Shown: positions 18,573 to 28,749, numbered from the stretch's first letter. The stretch is DNA of 64,000 nucleotides from an uncultured Haliangium sp. (GCA_964195735.1 CAXMQY010000056.1:1503-65502); one strand, 5' to 3'. Translations and numbers: made by a program. The notes: generated from the sequence alone by a model not told the origin.

Positions 18573-18594
18573 ATGTCGACGATAATCGACATAT
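18571..18594. promoter_or_regulatory. candidate ArsR operator. Inverted repeat ATATGTCGA-N6-TCGACATAT overlapping the arsR start codon.
   Basis: A 9-bp perfect arms palindrome sits at the 5' end of arsR, in the divergent arsR/DUF411 intergenic region. Confidence 0.4.
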
Positions 18595-18691
18595 GAGCAA
18601 AGATCAACAGCTGACACGGATTAATTCGAAGCCCGGCGAAAGAATGCTAGCATTACGCTATTGTGATAAATGAATTTGAAGGTTTGCGACA

Positions 18692-19171
18692 ATGACGAAG
18701 CGACGAGTTACCGCCCTGCTAATCTTCCTTCTCGCCACGCCCTTGTGGGCGTCTAACCCGGTTTGGCTGGAAGGCAGGACAGCGGATCGCCACGAAATTA
18801 CGGTTTACCGGAACGCGTCATGCGGATGCTGCAAGGACTGGATAAAACACCTCGAGGCGCATCATTTCACGGTTACCGACGTAACAGTAGACGATGTCAA
18901 CAAGTTCAAACAGCAGTTCAACGTGCCCACCCAGGCCGCTTCCTGCCATACCGCCGTAGTTGACGGTGTCGTCATAGAAGGGCATGTCCCGGCGCAGGAT
19001 ATCAAGCGGTTACTGGCGGACAAGGGCGATATCCGCCTGTTAGCCGTTCCCGCCATGCCCTCGGGTACGCCGGGGATGGATCGTGGTGGCGCATCGAAAG
19101 ATGCGTTCCGAGTTTATGCTGTCAGCGAAGACGACCGCGTCGACGTGTTTCAAACCTATAGTGACTACTGA
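18692..19171 (+). CDS. DUF411 (CopG-like) periplasmic metal-binding protein
   Basis: Signal peptide (LLIFLLATPLWAS) and the conserved SCGCC motif of DUF411. Confidence 0.75.
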   Translation: MTKRRVTALLIFLLATPLWASNPVWLEGRTADRHEITVYRNASCGCCKDWIKHLEAHHFTVTDVTVDDVNKFKQQFNVPTQAASCHTAVVDGVVIEGHVPAQDIKRLLADKGDIRLLAVPAMPSGTPGMDRGGASKDAFRVYAVSEDDRVDVFQTYSDY

Positions 19172-19245
19172 CAGGCCTTTTTCGTCTGGAGCAGAATTGG
19201 GCTTATTTAACGGGCGGACCAGGGCAGCGGTCCAGGCGATGTCGT

Positions 19246-19434
19246 TCAGGCCTTCAGTGAAAGGTTTTGCAGTTCGGCGATTTGCGCATCGGTCAGCAGG
19301 TTGACAGCCTGCCCGCGCAACAGGAAGTTAAGCTTGGCGCTTTCCTCCAACTCCTCCATTGCGAACACCGCGTCGCGCAAGCTCTTGCCCGCGACCAGCA
19401 CCATTTCGTCTCTTAGTTGAGTGTCGGAACTCAC
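19246..19434 (-). CDS. hypothetical small protein (62 aa) overlapping the stop of the OtnK-like gene
   Basis: ORF with a 4-nt overlap of the upstream gene. I recognise no domain. Confidence 0.3.
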   Translation of the reverse strand: MSSDTQLRDEMVLVAGKSLRDAVFAMEELEESAKLNFLLRGQAVNLLTDAQIAELQNLSLKA

Positions 19435-20720
19435 GAGTCCTCCCTTTCGGGTGTTGCATCCAGAAGGGCGAAGGCCCGGCTGAAAAAATCGTCCCGACCG
19501 AAATTGCCAGATTTCAGCGCCAGTGCGAGCACGTGGTCATCGAGCGTGGTCGTCCAGGGCACCCCGGGATCGATTTGCGCGCCAATACGTAACGCCTTGA
19601 TGCCGAGCGACGTTATCACTGCGCCCGAGGTTTCGCCACCGGCGATGATGAGCCGGTCGAATCCGGCTGCGACCAGTTTGCGCGCTATCTCGGAAAGTGC
19701 GGACTCGACCATTTCTCCCGCGGCGTCGACTCCGAACTTGTGCTGCATCGCCGCGACTTCTTGCGGTGTTGACGAGGCGTAGATCAACACCGGTAGCTGT
19801 GCGTCCTGGTTGATGGCCCAGCTGACGATATCATCTATGCCCGACTTGCCGCGTTGCATTGCATCCGGGTCGATTTTCAGATGCGGCCAGCTGTCCTGCA
19901 CCGCTGCAATCTGGCGCCGGGTGGCCTCGGCGCAGCTGCCGGCAATTACCAGCGCGCGGCCCGTGAGCGCTGGCGGGGGTGAAGGTTTTTGTGTGCCCAG
20001 CAATCCGCGTATCCGCAGGTTCGAGGCCAGCCCCGTGGCGATTGCGGAGCCACCGGTAACCAACGTGTGTGTAGCGGCTGCCGAGCCGATAGCGAGCAAG
20101 TCATCGTTCGATATCGCGTCAACCACGCCGTAACGAACTCCTTGTGCGACCAACTCGTCGATGGCCCGCTTGATCGATTCAGTCCCCTTTCGGACCCGAT
20201 CATGAGGGATCAGCCCGACTCGCTTCGACGACTGCGCCTGCATCAGGCGCGGCAGGCTGGAATCGCGCATCGGTGTCAGTGGGTGCTCCTTCATCGAGGA
20301 TTCGGACAGCAGCTTATCGCCGACGAACAGATGTCCCTGGTAGATGCTACGCCCGTTGTCGGGAAACGCCGGGCAGACTAACGCGAAGCTGCACTCGAGA
20401 TCGTCCATCAATGCGTCCGCGACCGGGCCGATGTTGCCGGCGGCCGTGGAATCGAAGGTCGAGCAGTACTTGAAGACGATCTGCGTCGCGCCCTGCGCGC
20501 GTAACCAGCGCAGCGCCTCGCGCGACCAGCGCACCGCTTCGGCGGGTGGATTGGTGCGTGATTTCAGCGCGATAACGATCGCCTGCGCGTCGCCGCCGTC
20601 AAACGATTCGTCGGGCACTCCCAGCACCTGGGTGACGCGCATCCCCTGGTTTACGAGGGTGCTGGCAATGTCGGTTGCCCCGGTAAAGTCGTCCGCGATG
20701 ATGCCGAGCAGCAGTTTCAT
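19431..20720 (-). CDS. four-carbon acid sugar kinase family protein (OtnK/DUF1537 plus DUF2090 architecture)
   Basis: N-terminal LGIIADDFTGATD motif characteristic of 3-oxo-tetronate/threonate kinases, and 429 aa. Confidence 0.8.
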   Translation of the reverse strand: MKLLLGIIADDFTGATDIASTLVNQGMRVTQVLGVPDESFDGGDAQAIVIALKSRTNPPAEAVRWSREALRWLRAQGATQIVFKYCSTFDSTAAGNIGPVADALMDDLECSFALVCPAFPDNGRSIYQGHLFVGDKLLSESSMKEHPLTPMRDSSLPRLMQAQSSKRVGLIPHDRVRKGTESIKRAIDELVAQGVRYGVVDAISNDDLLAIGSAAATHTLVTGGSAIATGLASNLRIRGLLGTQKPSPPPALTGRALVIAGSCAEATRRQIAAVQDSWPHLKIDPDAMQRGKSGIDDIVSWAINQDAQLPVLIYASSTPQEVAAMQHKFGVDAAGEMVESALSEIARKLVAAGFDRLIIAGGETSGAVITSLGIKALRIGAQIDPGVPWTTTLDDHVLALALKSGNFGRDDFFSRAFALLDATPEREDS

Positions 20721-20786
20721 TCCAGCCTCAAAAAATAAATGTCAGCAGTATAGGTTCGCGTGGACGGGGTCGCCAGACCCTGACGC

Positions 20787-21293
20787 TCAGTCGCGGTGCT
20801 CGCCGGTGCGTTGAAAGTATCTTGCCTCGGCGGTCGAGCAGTTATCGACCGAGCGGTAGCCGTGATCGCGCCATTTCACGTCGCATAAATGATAAATCTC
20901 CTTCTCCACAGTTTCATCTTCTAGCTTGAGATTCAAATCCAGCCGCGTATACACACACTTGCTGACTCTCACCGCGCTGTTAACGGGATAGTAATCGAGG
21001 CAGTAGTCGTAGACGGCCTGTGCCAGCGAGTGCCTTCCGAGCTGCTCCAGCGCCTTCTTGAGGGCTCGCTTTTTTTGCCGGTCCTGTTTCGCCATGCAAC
21101 TGCCGGCCGCCCTGGCGACGGTGCCGTGTTTGCTTACGCAATAGTCGAAAATATCCGGGCTGTAGCTGAGCCGGTAGTGCTCCAGCAGGTAGTAGTCGTG
21201 CTCGAGGATTTCCAGGTCCTGTATTGCCGTCGCGCCGCGCACACCTGAAAGCGGTGCAGTTGAAAGTAAGGCGATCAAAATGAAGATTCGCAT
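20787..21293 (-). CDS. secreted hypothetical protein with a signal peptide (start probably at MRIFILIALL)
   Basis: N-terminal hydrophobic signal MRIFILIALLSTAPLSGVRG. I recognise no domain. The longer ORF starts at 21317. Confidence 0.5.
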   Translation of the reverse strand: MRIFILIALLSTAPLSGVRGATAIQDLEILEHDYYLLEHYRLSYSPDIFDYCVSKHGTVARAAGSCMAKQDRQKKRALKKALEQLGRHSLAQAVYDYCLDYYPVNSAVRVSKCVYTRLDLNLKLEDETVEKEIYHLCDVKWRDHGYRSVDNCSTAEARYFQRTGEHRD

Positions 21294-21425
21294 GCTGCAG
21301 TTTAACGTGAGATCCAAGCGCTAATTGTACACCAAACCGTTTTCGACCCGGTTGCTTGCCGTGTCGAGTTGACGGCCGCGCGAAAAAGGAATATGAAGGC
21401 GTCTCGGGATTCAGGACAATAAATC

Positions 21426-23093
21426 ATGTCAGAAACATTCGATTACGTCATTGTCGGCGCCGGTTCGGCCGGTTGCGTGCTTGCCAGCCGACTCACCGAG
21501 GATCCTGCGGTCACGGTGGCATTGCTCGAGTTCGGCGGTAGCGACAGCAGCGTCTTTATCCAGATGCCGACTGCCCTTTCGATCCCGATGAATATGAAGA
21601 AGTACAACTGGTTCTACGAGTCCGAACCAGAAGCATTCCTCGACAATCGACGCATGCATTGCCCGCGAGGCAAGGTGCTGGGGGGATCCTCGTCGATCAA
21701 CGGAATGGTCTACGTGCGCGGCCACGCGATGGATTTCGACGAATGGGAAACTCGCGGTGCGCGTGACTGGGGTTACCGTCACTGTCTACCATATTTCAAA
21801 AAGGCGGACGACTGGGTATTCGGCAGCGACGAATACCACAACCAGGGTGGCCCGCAGTCGGTGAACAACGGCAACAACATGAAGAACCCGCTGTATCGTG
21901 CCTTTATCGAGGCCGGCGAGCAGGCGGGTTACATGAGAACTGAGGACTATAACGGTCGCCAGCAGGAGGGATTCGGCCCGATGCACATGACGGTCAAAAA
22001 CGGTGTGCGCTGGTCGACCGCCAACGCCTACCTGAAACCAGCGCTGCAGCGTCCTAACCTTAAAGTGATCACCGGTGCGTTAAGCCAGCGCATCCTGCTC
22101 GACGGGCACCGCGCGACAGGCGTCGAATATGTTCGTGGCGGTGCTAAGCAAATTATCAATGCAAGCCGTGAAATCATCCTCAGCGCGGGTCCGATCGCAT
22201 CTCCGCACTTGTTGCAACTGTCGGGTATCGGCCCGGGCGCGGTATTGCAGCAGGCTGGTATCGAAGTAGTGCAGGATCTGCCTGGCGTCGGTGAAAACAT
22301 GCAGGACCACCTCGAGTTTTACTTTCAGTTTCGCTGCAACCAGCCAATAACGCTGAATGCCGAACTCAACCCCTGGCGCAAGTTCCTGATCGGCGCGCGC
22401 TGGTTATTGACGAAGAAAGGCCTGGGCGCGACCAACCATTTCGAATCCTGCGCCTTTATCCGCTCCAAACCCGGCGTCAAGTGGCCCGACATCCAGTATC
22501 ACTTCCTGCCCGGCGCAATGCGCTACGATGGTAATGCCGCATTCGATGGCCACGGTTTCCAGGTTCATGTCGGCCACAATAAACCGAGCAGCCGCGGCAC
22601 CATCCGAGTACGCACGCCAAGCGTGCAGGACAAGCCCGAGATTCGCTTCAATTACCTGCAGCACGAGGATGATATCGCGGGTTTTCGCGCCTGCGTGCGT
22701 CTGACCCGCGAAATCATCGGCCAGCAGGCGATGGATGCTTATCGCGGCTCCGAGATCCAGCCCGGCGAGGCGGTGCAGTCTGATGAAGAGATCGATGCCT
22801 TCGTGCGCGGCGCGGTCGAGTCGGCCTATCACCCGTCCTGTACCTGTCGCATGGGCGAAGACGACATGGCCGTGGTCGACTCAGAAACCCGGGTGCGCGG
22901 TATCGAGGCACTGCGACTGGTGGATTCTTCGATATTCCCGACCATTCCGAACGGCAACCTGAACTCGCCGACAATCATGCTCGCCGAGCGCGCCGCAGAC
23001 ATCATCAAGGGCAAGGGCATGCTCGACCCCAGCGAAGCCGACGTCGGCCTCGGCCTTGACTGGGAATCCCTGCAACGCTCGACCGCCACCTGA
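21426..23093 (+). CDS. betA: choline dehydrogenase (GMC family), canonical BetA
   Basis: [27 protein letters not shown]...[10 protein letters not shown]...[25 protein letters not shown] aligns closely with E. coli BetA, and the protein is 555 aa. Confidence 0.9.
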   Translation: MSETFDYVIVGAGSAGCVLASRLTEDPAVTVALLEFGGSDSSVFIQMPTALSIPMNMKKYNWFYESEPEAFLDNRRMHCPRGKVLGGSSSINGMVYVRGHAMDFDEWETRGARDWGYRHCLPYFKKADDWVFGSDEYHNQGGPQSVNNGNNMKNPLYRAFIEAGEQAGYMRTEDYNGRQQEGFGPMHMTVKNGVRWSTANAYLKPALQRPNLKVITGALSQRILLDGHRATGVEYVRGGAKQIINASREIILSAGPIASPHLLQLSGIGPGAVLQQAGIEVVQDLPGVGENMQDHLEFYFQFRCNQPITLNAELNPWRKFLIGARWLLTKKGLGATNHFESCAFIRSKPGVKWPDIQYHFLPGAMRYDGNAAFDGHGFQVHVGHNKPSSRGTIRVRTPSVQDKPEIRFNYLQHEDDIAGFRACVRLTREIIGQQAMDAYRGSEIQPGEAVQSDEEIDAFVRGAVESAYHPSCTCRMGEDDMAVVDSETRVRGIEALRLVDSSIFPTIPNGNLNSPTIMLAERAADIIKGKGMLDPSEADVGLGLDWESLQRSTAT

Positions 23094-23138
23094 TAATCCG
23101 GGATATCTCGGGAACAGACTCCAGTTTTACACTATTTG

Positions 23139-23228
23139 TTGTCATCCCGCGGCGCGACCGCGGGATCCAGAGTCGAAGTCTTTTTCCACACAATACTGGA
23201 TACCGCGGTCAAGCCGCGGTATGACAAA
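23139..23228. repeat. pair of inverted REP-like hairpins (family 2). TTGTCATCCCGCGG-cgcga-CCGCGGGATCC and its inverse GGATACCGCGG-tcaag-CCGCGGTATGACAA.
   Basis: Two hairpins with 9-bp stems lie in opposite orientation, related to the TGTCATTCCCGCG hairpins at 7041-7115. Confidence 0.55.
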
Positions 23229-23250
23229 TCAGTTGGGATGCGTTCGGTCT

Positions 23251-23289
23251 GGTAGTGCTGGTGCTGGTGCTGGTGCTGGTGCTGGTGCT
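23251..23289. repeat. hexanucleotide microsatellite (GCTGGT)5 with degenerate flanking copies
   Basis: ggtagt gctggt gctggt gctggt gctggt gctggt gcta, intergenic between betA and the MOSC gene. Confidence 0.8.
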
Positions 23290-23492
23290 ATCGTAGCTGT
23301 GCAGCAAACCCGCGAGCTTGTCCCTATTCGAAGGAATTCGAAGGGGTAGACACCGTTTTCCTGGGGACACTTGCAACGCCCGGCTGCCACCTGAGTCTCG
23401 TGGTACGAATCGACCGATACTCGATAAGGGAGTAATATTCGTAACCCGCGGTCAGCTGGCGGTACCGGGCTGGCGCCGAACTTGGGAGAGAC

Positions 23493-24146
23493 ATGCGTAT
23501 AAAGTCGTTGAATGTCGCCGTGCCGAGACTCATCGAGTACAAGGGCGAGGAAATCTGGACCGGCATTCACAAGATTCCCACCGACGCTGCACTGATAGTG
23601 CGTAAACTAAATATCGACGGCGACGAACAGGCCGACTTAACCGTCCACGGCGGTGTCGACAAGGCTGTGTACGCGTTTCCGTCAGAACATTACACCTGGT
23701 ACCAGTCCGAACTCAAGCAGGGCGCATATGCGCCAGGCCAGTTCGGTGAAAACCTGACCACCGAGGGGATGCTGGAATCAGTTGTTCGCATCGGAGATCG
23801 TTACCGGGTCGGCGAGGTGTTGTTCGAGGTATCCCAGCCACGTTCCCCCTGTTACAAATTCGCGATCAAGATGGGCAGCGCCGAAGCGCTGGTAATCATG
23901 ATTAACAGTGCCAGGACCGGGTTTTACCTGCGCGTGCTGGAAGAGGGAGAGATTCAGGCAGGGGATAAGATTAAGGCAACCGAATCGAATCCCCTGGCGC
24001 CAACCGTCGAGGAAGTGCATCGCCTTTATTACCTGGATCGAAAAAATAGGGTCGGTCTGACGAGGGCATTGCAATGCGATCGCCTGAGCAAGGTGTTCAG
24101 CGACGAGTTCGCATTGCGGCTCGAAAAGCTGGAGGCGAAGCCATGA
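23493..24146 (+). CDS. MOSC domain-containing protein (YcbX/YiiM-like)
   Basis: 217 aa with a MOSC beta-barrel motif region (HGGVDKAVYAF...SPCYKF). Confidence 0.8.
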   Translation: MRIKSLNVAVPRLIEYKGEEIWTGIHKIPTDAALIVRKLNIDGDEQADLTVHGGVDKAVYAFPSEHYTWYQSELKQGAYAPGQFGENLTTEGMLESVVRIGDRYRVGEVLFEVSQPRSPCYKFAIKMGSAEALVIMINSARTGFYLRVLEEGEIQAGDKIKATESNPLAPTVEEVHRLYYLDRKNRVGLTRALQCDRLSKVFSDEFALRLEKLEAKP

Positions 24147-24149
24147 CAA

Positions 24150-24300
24150 CAGGATCCTGAGCAGGGACACACACTTTAGGCTAGTCCCTGAGCAGGGACA
24201 CACACTTTACGATAGGATCCTGAGCAGGAATCCTGAGCAGGGACACACACTTTAGGATAGGATCCTGAGCAGGGACACACGCTTTAGGATTGACATTGAT
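24150..24300. repeat. tandem array of REP elements (core CCTGAGCAGGGACACACACTTTAGG, 4 full copies plus 1 partial) immediately upstream of the RAYT-like gene
   Basis: Direct reading shows repeated cctgagcagggacacacacttta units at a period of about 32 bp. Confidence 0.7.
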
Positions 24301-24349
24301 TGGTTCCGAGGCGTAAGATTTGGGAATCTCAGACAAAAGGAATTGACTG

Positions 24350-25346
24350 ATGACCCGACCCAGAAAGGTTCTCATCTCGCTCGCAGATACCCAGTATTAC
24401 CACATCACCTCGCGTTGCGTACCCAAAACACTTCGTGGGGCAGGCTCTACGCCGTGCTTTTCTTTGCGGGGTAGATCATTACTCAGGCCAAAGTTACGAA
24501 CACCGGCGACAATGGGTCGTGGACCGGATACGGATACTCTCGTCTCTGTTTGCGATCGATGTCTGCGCCTATGCGGTGATGAGCAATCACTACCACCTGG
24601 TGCTCAAGCTTTGTCCGGACCAGCTGGACGATCTACCTGACGAGCAAATTATGGATCGGTGGTGCGCGATGTTCAAAGGTCCGTTGTTGGTCCAGCGTTA
24701 TCGAAGTGGAGAAGCCCTCTCGGCAGCCGAACGCTCAACGGTGTCCGATATAGTTAACGTCTGGCGTAACAAGCTCGCCAGCATCAGCTGGTTCATGCGC
24801 TGCCTGAACCAGCCCATTGCCCGACAGGCTAATATCGAAGACAAATGCACCGGCAAATTCTGGGAATCCCGATTCAAATCTCAAGCGCTCAAAACCGAGG
24901 AGGCGTTGTTGTCCTGTATGGCCTATGTCGACCTCAATCCCGTTCGTTCCGGGGAGGCAGCTAGCCCAGAGGGCTCAAGCTACACCAGCATTCAGGAACG
25001 GATCAAACCAAAATTTATCTTAGACCATGCGATTAACGACCAGCACCAATGCGGTGACCTGCTGGATTTCAATATGCCGCTCAAACCGTTGCGACACTTT
25101 GACGGGGATCTGACAGTTCGGTCTCAGAAGGGCATTTTCTTCGCCTTTCGAGATTACCTGGAGCTGGTGGATTGGAGCGGCCGATGTATTCGTGACGATA
25201 AGCGAGGCCATATCGCCAATGAATTGCCGACGATTTTGACCAGGCTACAGGTATCTCCAGAACGATGGCATCTCAGTACTACCCAGTTCGAAGTCATTCA
25301 CGCACATCGATTCAATCGAGTAACTCCCAGTATCGATACTGGATAG
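24350..25346 (+). pseudogene. REP-associated tyrosine transposase (RAYT; IS200/IS605-superfamily HUH Y1 transposase, long form), disrupted by a +1 frameshift near 24440-24470
   Basis: ORF 24350-24640 encodes MTRPRKVLISLADTQYYHITSRCV. The overlapping ORF 24435-25346 in another frame continues RRAFLCG...AYAVMSNHYHLVLK, which carries the HUH motif. Joining the two requires excising about 28 nt. REPs flank the gene in inverted orientation. Confidence 0.55.
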
Positions 25347-25524
25347 GTGCTCTCTACAAAACTGGATTTGCGAATAGATTATTTTCCAGATCGTTTACGG
25401 GCAGTTGATTTCAAAATCTGGCGATCTAGTTATTTAACTAAACTAAAAGCCAAAACCGACACATTCGTTATCGCAAATTGGAGGCTGAAACCTCCAGCCC
25501 GACGGGTAGCATAATCCTGCCATG

Positions 25525-25548
25525 TGGGTGTGTGTCCCATCTTAACCA
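25525..25548. repeat. REP copy in inverse orientation (TGGGTGTGTGTCCCATC) downstream of the RAYT-like gene
   Basis: Reverse complement of the GGGACACACAC core. Confidence 0.55.
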
Positions 25549-25579
25549 CCTTTAGCCAGCCTCGTCGAGGCGATAGTCG

Positions 25580-26713
25580 CTAGCCGATGACGGAGAGCAG
25601 CACACCTGCGGCGACGGCCGAGCCGATGACGCCAGCGACGTTAGGCCCCATCGCGTGCATCAGCAGGAAATTCTGCGGGTTGGCCTGCAGGCCAACCTTG
25701 TTGGCAACGCGCGCCGCCATCGGCACTGCGGAGACGCCGGCGGCGCCGATCAGCGGATTGACCGCCTTGCCAGTGACCCGGTACATGACTTTGCCCATCA
25801 GCAGGCCAGCCGCGGTGCCGATCGAAAACGCAACCATGCCGAGCAACAGGATGCCGAGGGTTTCGGCGGTCAGGAACTTGTCGGCGGCAAGCTTGGAGCC
25901 GACCGCGAGACCGAGAAAAATGGTGACGATATTGATCAGTTCATTCTGCGCCGTATTGCTTAGCCGGTCGACCACGCCGCATTCACGCAACAGATTGCCG
26001 AAACATAGCATACCGACCAGTGGAGTCGCGGAAGGCAGCAGCAGGATGGTGACCAGCAACAGGATCAGCGGGAACAGGATTTTTTCCAGCTTCGACACGC
26101 GGCGTAACTGCGTCATCTTGGTCTTGCGCTCTTCCTCGGTGGTCAGCGCCTTCATGATCGGCGGCTGGATGATCGGTACCAGCGCCATGTAGGAATAAGC
26201 GGCCACGGCGATGGCGCCGAGCAGGTCGGGCGCGAGGCGCGACGCCACGTATATCGCGGTCGGACCGTCGGCGCCGCCGATGATAGCGATGGCGGCAGCG
26301 TCGGCCATGCTGAATTCCATGCCCGGCACCAGGTTCATCGCAATGGCGCCAAATAGCGTGAAAAAGATACCGAACTGCGCAGCCGCGCCGAGGATCATCA
26401 GACTCGGCCGTGCCAGCAACGGGCCGAAGTCGGTCATCGCGCCGACACCCATGAAGATCAGCAATGGAAACACGCCGGTTTCGATACCCGCATGGTAGAG
26501 AATGCCGAGTAGCCCGTCGGGACCGGCAATCCCGGCAATCGGAATGTTGGCGAGGACGCCGCCGAAGCCGATCGGGATCAGCAGCAGTGGTTCGAATCCC
26601 TTTTTGATGGCCAGAAAAATCAGTAGCCCGCCGACCGTGATCATGACCAGTTGCCCGAGCGTGAAATTGTAGAGCCCGGTCGACGCCCAGAGCTGCAGCA
26701 AACCCTGTTCCAT
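25580..26713 (-). CDS. oadB: oxaloacetate decarboxylase (Na+-pumping) beta subunit
   Basis: 377-aa polytopic membrane protein of the OadB/GcdB/MmdB family, directly downstream of oadA. Confidence 0.9.
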   Translation of the reverse strand: MEQGLLQLWASTGLYNFTLGQLVMITVGGLLIFLAIKKGFEPLLLIPIGFGGVLANIPIAGIAGPDGLLGILYHAGIETGVFPLLIFMGVGAMTDFGPLLARPSLMILGAAAQFGIFFTLFGAIAMNLVPGMEFSMADAAAIAIIGGADGPTAIYVASRLAPDLLGAIAVAAYSYMALVPIIQPPIMKALTTEEERKTKMTQLRRVSKLEKILFPLILLLVTILLLPSATPLVGMLCFGNLLRECGVVDRLSNTAQNELINIVTIFLGLAVGSKLAADKFLTAETLGILLLGMVAFSIGTAAGLLMGKVMYRVTGKAVNPLIGAAGVSAVPMAARVANKVGLQANPQNFLLMHAMGPNVAGVIGSAVAAGVLLSVIG

Positions 26714-26718
26714 ATGGC

Positions 26719-28521
26719 TTAACCGATTGCCATCAGGGATTGATCGGACTGGATGGAGTCACCCCTTTTCACCGAGATCGACTGAATCGTGCCGCTCGCA
26801 TTGGCGCGAATCTCGGTTTCCATTTTCATCGCCTCGATGACGATCACCGGATCGCCGTCATTGACTTTTTGGCCGACAGATACCAGCACCTCGATGACGC
26901 TTCCGGAAAGCGGCGCCTTGACTTCGGTGCTGGCGGCGGGAGCGGGTGTTTGGGTTACTGCCGCTGTCGCTGGTTTGATCTGGCTGATGTCGGTGTCGCC
27001 GGGGCCGACCACGACATCGTACTCGGTACCGTTGACGCTGACGCGGTAACTCTCGGCTTGACCGGGCGTAGCCTGTTGAGGCGCTGCCGCGACAGGTGAA
27101 GCCTGGCTCTCCGACGGCTCTGCTTTTGCTTCCTTACCGGGAGCAGGTTCAAACGCATCCGGGTTGCCGCGATTTTTAAGGAACTTCGTCCCCACCTGCT
27201 GAAACAGCGCGTAAATCAGTACGTCGTCGATCTCTTCGTCGACCAGTTTGATGTTTTCTTGTTTAGCAATATCCTTCAGTTCGGCGGTCAGCTTCTCCAT
27301 TTCGGGTTCGATCAGGTCAGCCGGCCGGCAGGTGATCGCTGCATCGCCAGCGAGCACGCGCGCCTGCAATTCCGCGTTCACGGGTGCGGCCGTCGCGCCG
27401 TACTCACCGCGCAATACGCCCGCGGTTTCCTTGCTAATGGATTTGTAACGTTCGCCGCTGAGCACGTTGATGACCGATTGTGAACCTACGATCTGCGAGT
27501 TCGGCGTGACCAGCGGCACGTAACCGAGGTCCTTGCGCACCGACGGGATCTCCTTCAGAACCTCGTCGAGCTTGTCGCTCGCGTTCTGGTCGCGCAACTG
27601 GTTTTCAAGATTAGTCAGCATGCCGCCGGGTACCTGCGCGGTCAGTATGCGCGGATCGACACCCTTCAGCGCGCCTTCGAACTTCGCGTACTTCTTGCGC
27701 ACATCGCGAAAATAAAGCGATATTTCCTCGAGCAGGTCGAGGTCCAGGCCGGTTGCACGCTCGCTTTCCTGCATAATCGCGACAAAGGTTTCGGTCGGTG
27801 AATGGCCATAGGTCAGGCTCATCGACGAAATCGAGGTGTCGATCATGTCGACGCCGGCATCGATGGCTTTCATCAGCGTGGCCGTGGAAAGGCCGGTGGT
27901 CGCGTGGCAGTGAATGCCGAGCGGTACCGCGCAGCTTTCTTTGATGCGGCCGACTATTTCTTCAGCGGTGTAGGGTTTCAGCAGGCCGGCCATGTCCTTG
28001 ATGCAAATCGAGTGGCAGCCCATGTCTTCGAGCTGTTTGGCCATGTCGACCCACAAATCGACGTTATGCACCGGGCTCAGGGTGTAGGAAAGCGCCCCCT
28101 GCGCGTGCTTGCCGACTGCAATAGTGGCCTTGACCGCCGTTTCGAAGTTACGCATATCGTTCATCGCGTCGAAGATGCGAAACACGTCCATGCCGTTAGC
28201 GGCGCAGCGTTCGACGAATTTCTCGATGACGTCATCGGCGTAGTGGCGGTAACCGAGCGCGTTCTGCCCGCGCAACAGCATTTGCATCGGCGTATTCGGC
28301 ATCGCTTTCTTCAGCTGGCGCAGGCGCTCCCAGGGGTCTTCGCCGAGATAGCGAATACAGGAGTCGAAGGTCGCGCCGCCCCAGGTTTCCAGCGACCAGA
28401 AGCCCACCTGATCGAGTTTCGCCGCAATCGGCAGCATGTCTTCGATGCGTACACGCGTCGCCAGCAACGACTGCGACGCGTCACGCAGCACCAGGTCGGT
28501 AATCAACAACGGTTTCGACAT
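26719..28521 (-). CDS. oadA: oxaloacetate decarboxylase alpha subunit (carboxyltransferase plus C-terminal biotinyl domain)
   Basis: N-terminal pyruvate-carboxyltransferase TIM barrel (LRDASQS...HCHATTGL). The C-terminal biotin attachment motif is EAMKMETEI, and the protein is 600 aa. Confidence 0.9.
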   Translation of the reverse strand: MSKPLLITDLVLRDASQSLLATRVRIEDMLPIAAKLDQVGFWSLETWGGATFDSCIRYLGEDPWERLRQLKKAMPNTPMQMLLRGQNALGYRHYADDVIEKFVERCAANGMDVFRIFDAMNDMRNFETAVKATIAVGKHAQGALSYTLSPVHNVDLWVDMAKQLEDMGCHSICIKDMAGLLKPYTAEEIVGRIKESCAVPLGIHCHATTGLSTATLMKAIDAGVDMIDTSISSMSLTYGHSPTETFVAIMQESERATGLDLDLLEEISLYFRDVRKKYAKFEGALKGVDPRILTAQVPGGMLTNLENQLRDQNASDKLDEVLKEIPSVRKDLGYVPLVTPNSQIVGSQSVINVLSGERYKSISKETAGVLRGEYGATAAPVNAELQARVLAGDAAITCRPADLIEPEMEKLTAELKDIAKQENIKLVDEEIDDVLIYALFQQVGTKFLKNRGNPDAFEPAPGKEAKAEPSESQASPVAAAPQQATPGQAESYRVSVNGTEYDVVVGPGDTDISQIKPATAAVTQTPAPAASTEVKAPLSGSVIEVLVSVGQKVNDGDPVIVIEAMKMETEIRANASGTIQSISVKRGDSIQSDQSLMAIG

Positions 28522-28527
28522 ATTCGG

Positions 28528-28749
28528 TTACCTGTTTTTGCGATGTAAATGGATAGCTGCGGTGATTGCCGCAATGTGCGCGGTATCAACTCCCTGCGAT
28601 TTTGCGACGGGCGGCGCAATGATCTCTTCCGGAACGATCTTCGATACGATCGTAATGATCACGATCAGCAAAGCCAGTATAATAAACACCGCGCCCATTC
28701 CGAGGCCCAGTAGCTGCACGCTCTGCAATAAAAGTGCTTCAATATCCAT
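28528..28749 (-). CDS. oadG: oxaloacetate decarboxylase gamma subunit
   Basis: 73-aa single-TM protein immediately upstream of oadA (G-A-B order). Confidence 0.75.
   Translation of the reverse strand: MDIEALLLQSVQLLGLGMGAVFIILALLIVIITIVSKIVPEEIIAPPVAKSQGVDTAHIAAITAAIHLHRKNR

Noticed and set aside
23056-23349. 97-aa ORF containing a GAGAGAGAGA stretch
   Set aside because: The Gly-Ala repeat is the (GCTGGT)5 microsatellite read in frame. The ORF spans REP-like hairpins and has no RBS or homology.
24150-24300. Possible CRISPR array (regularly spaced about 32-bp repeats); the same applies to 63398-63560
   Set aside because: The repeats are directly adjacent or degenerate with no unique spacer sequences. 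There are no cas genes, and the repeat core is the REP that flanks the RAYT gene.
25440-25520. GGAGGCTGAAACCTCC hairpin as the terminator of oadB
   Set aside because: A 5-6-bp stem on the correct side of oadB but with no following U-tract. At best it is a weak terminator, so it is not listed as a feature.
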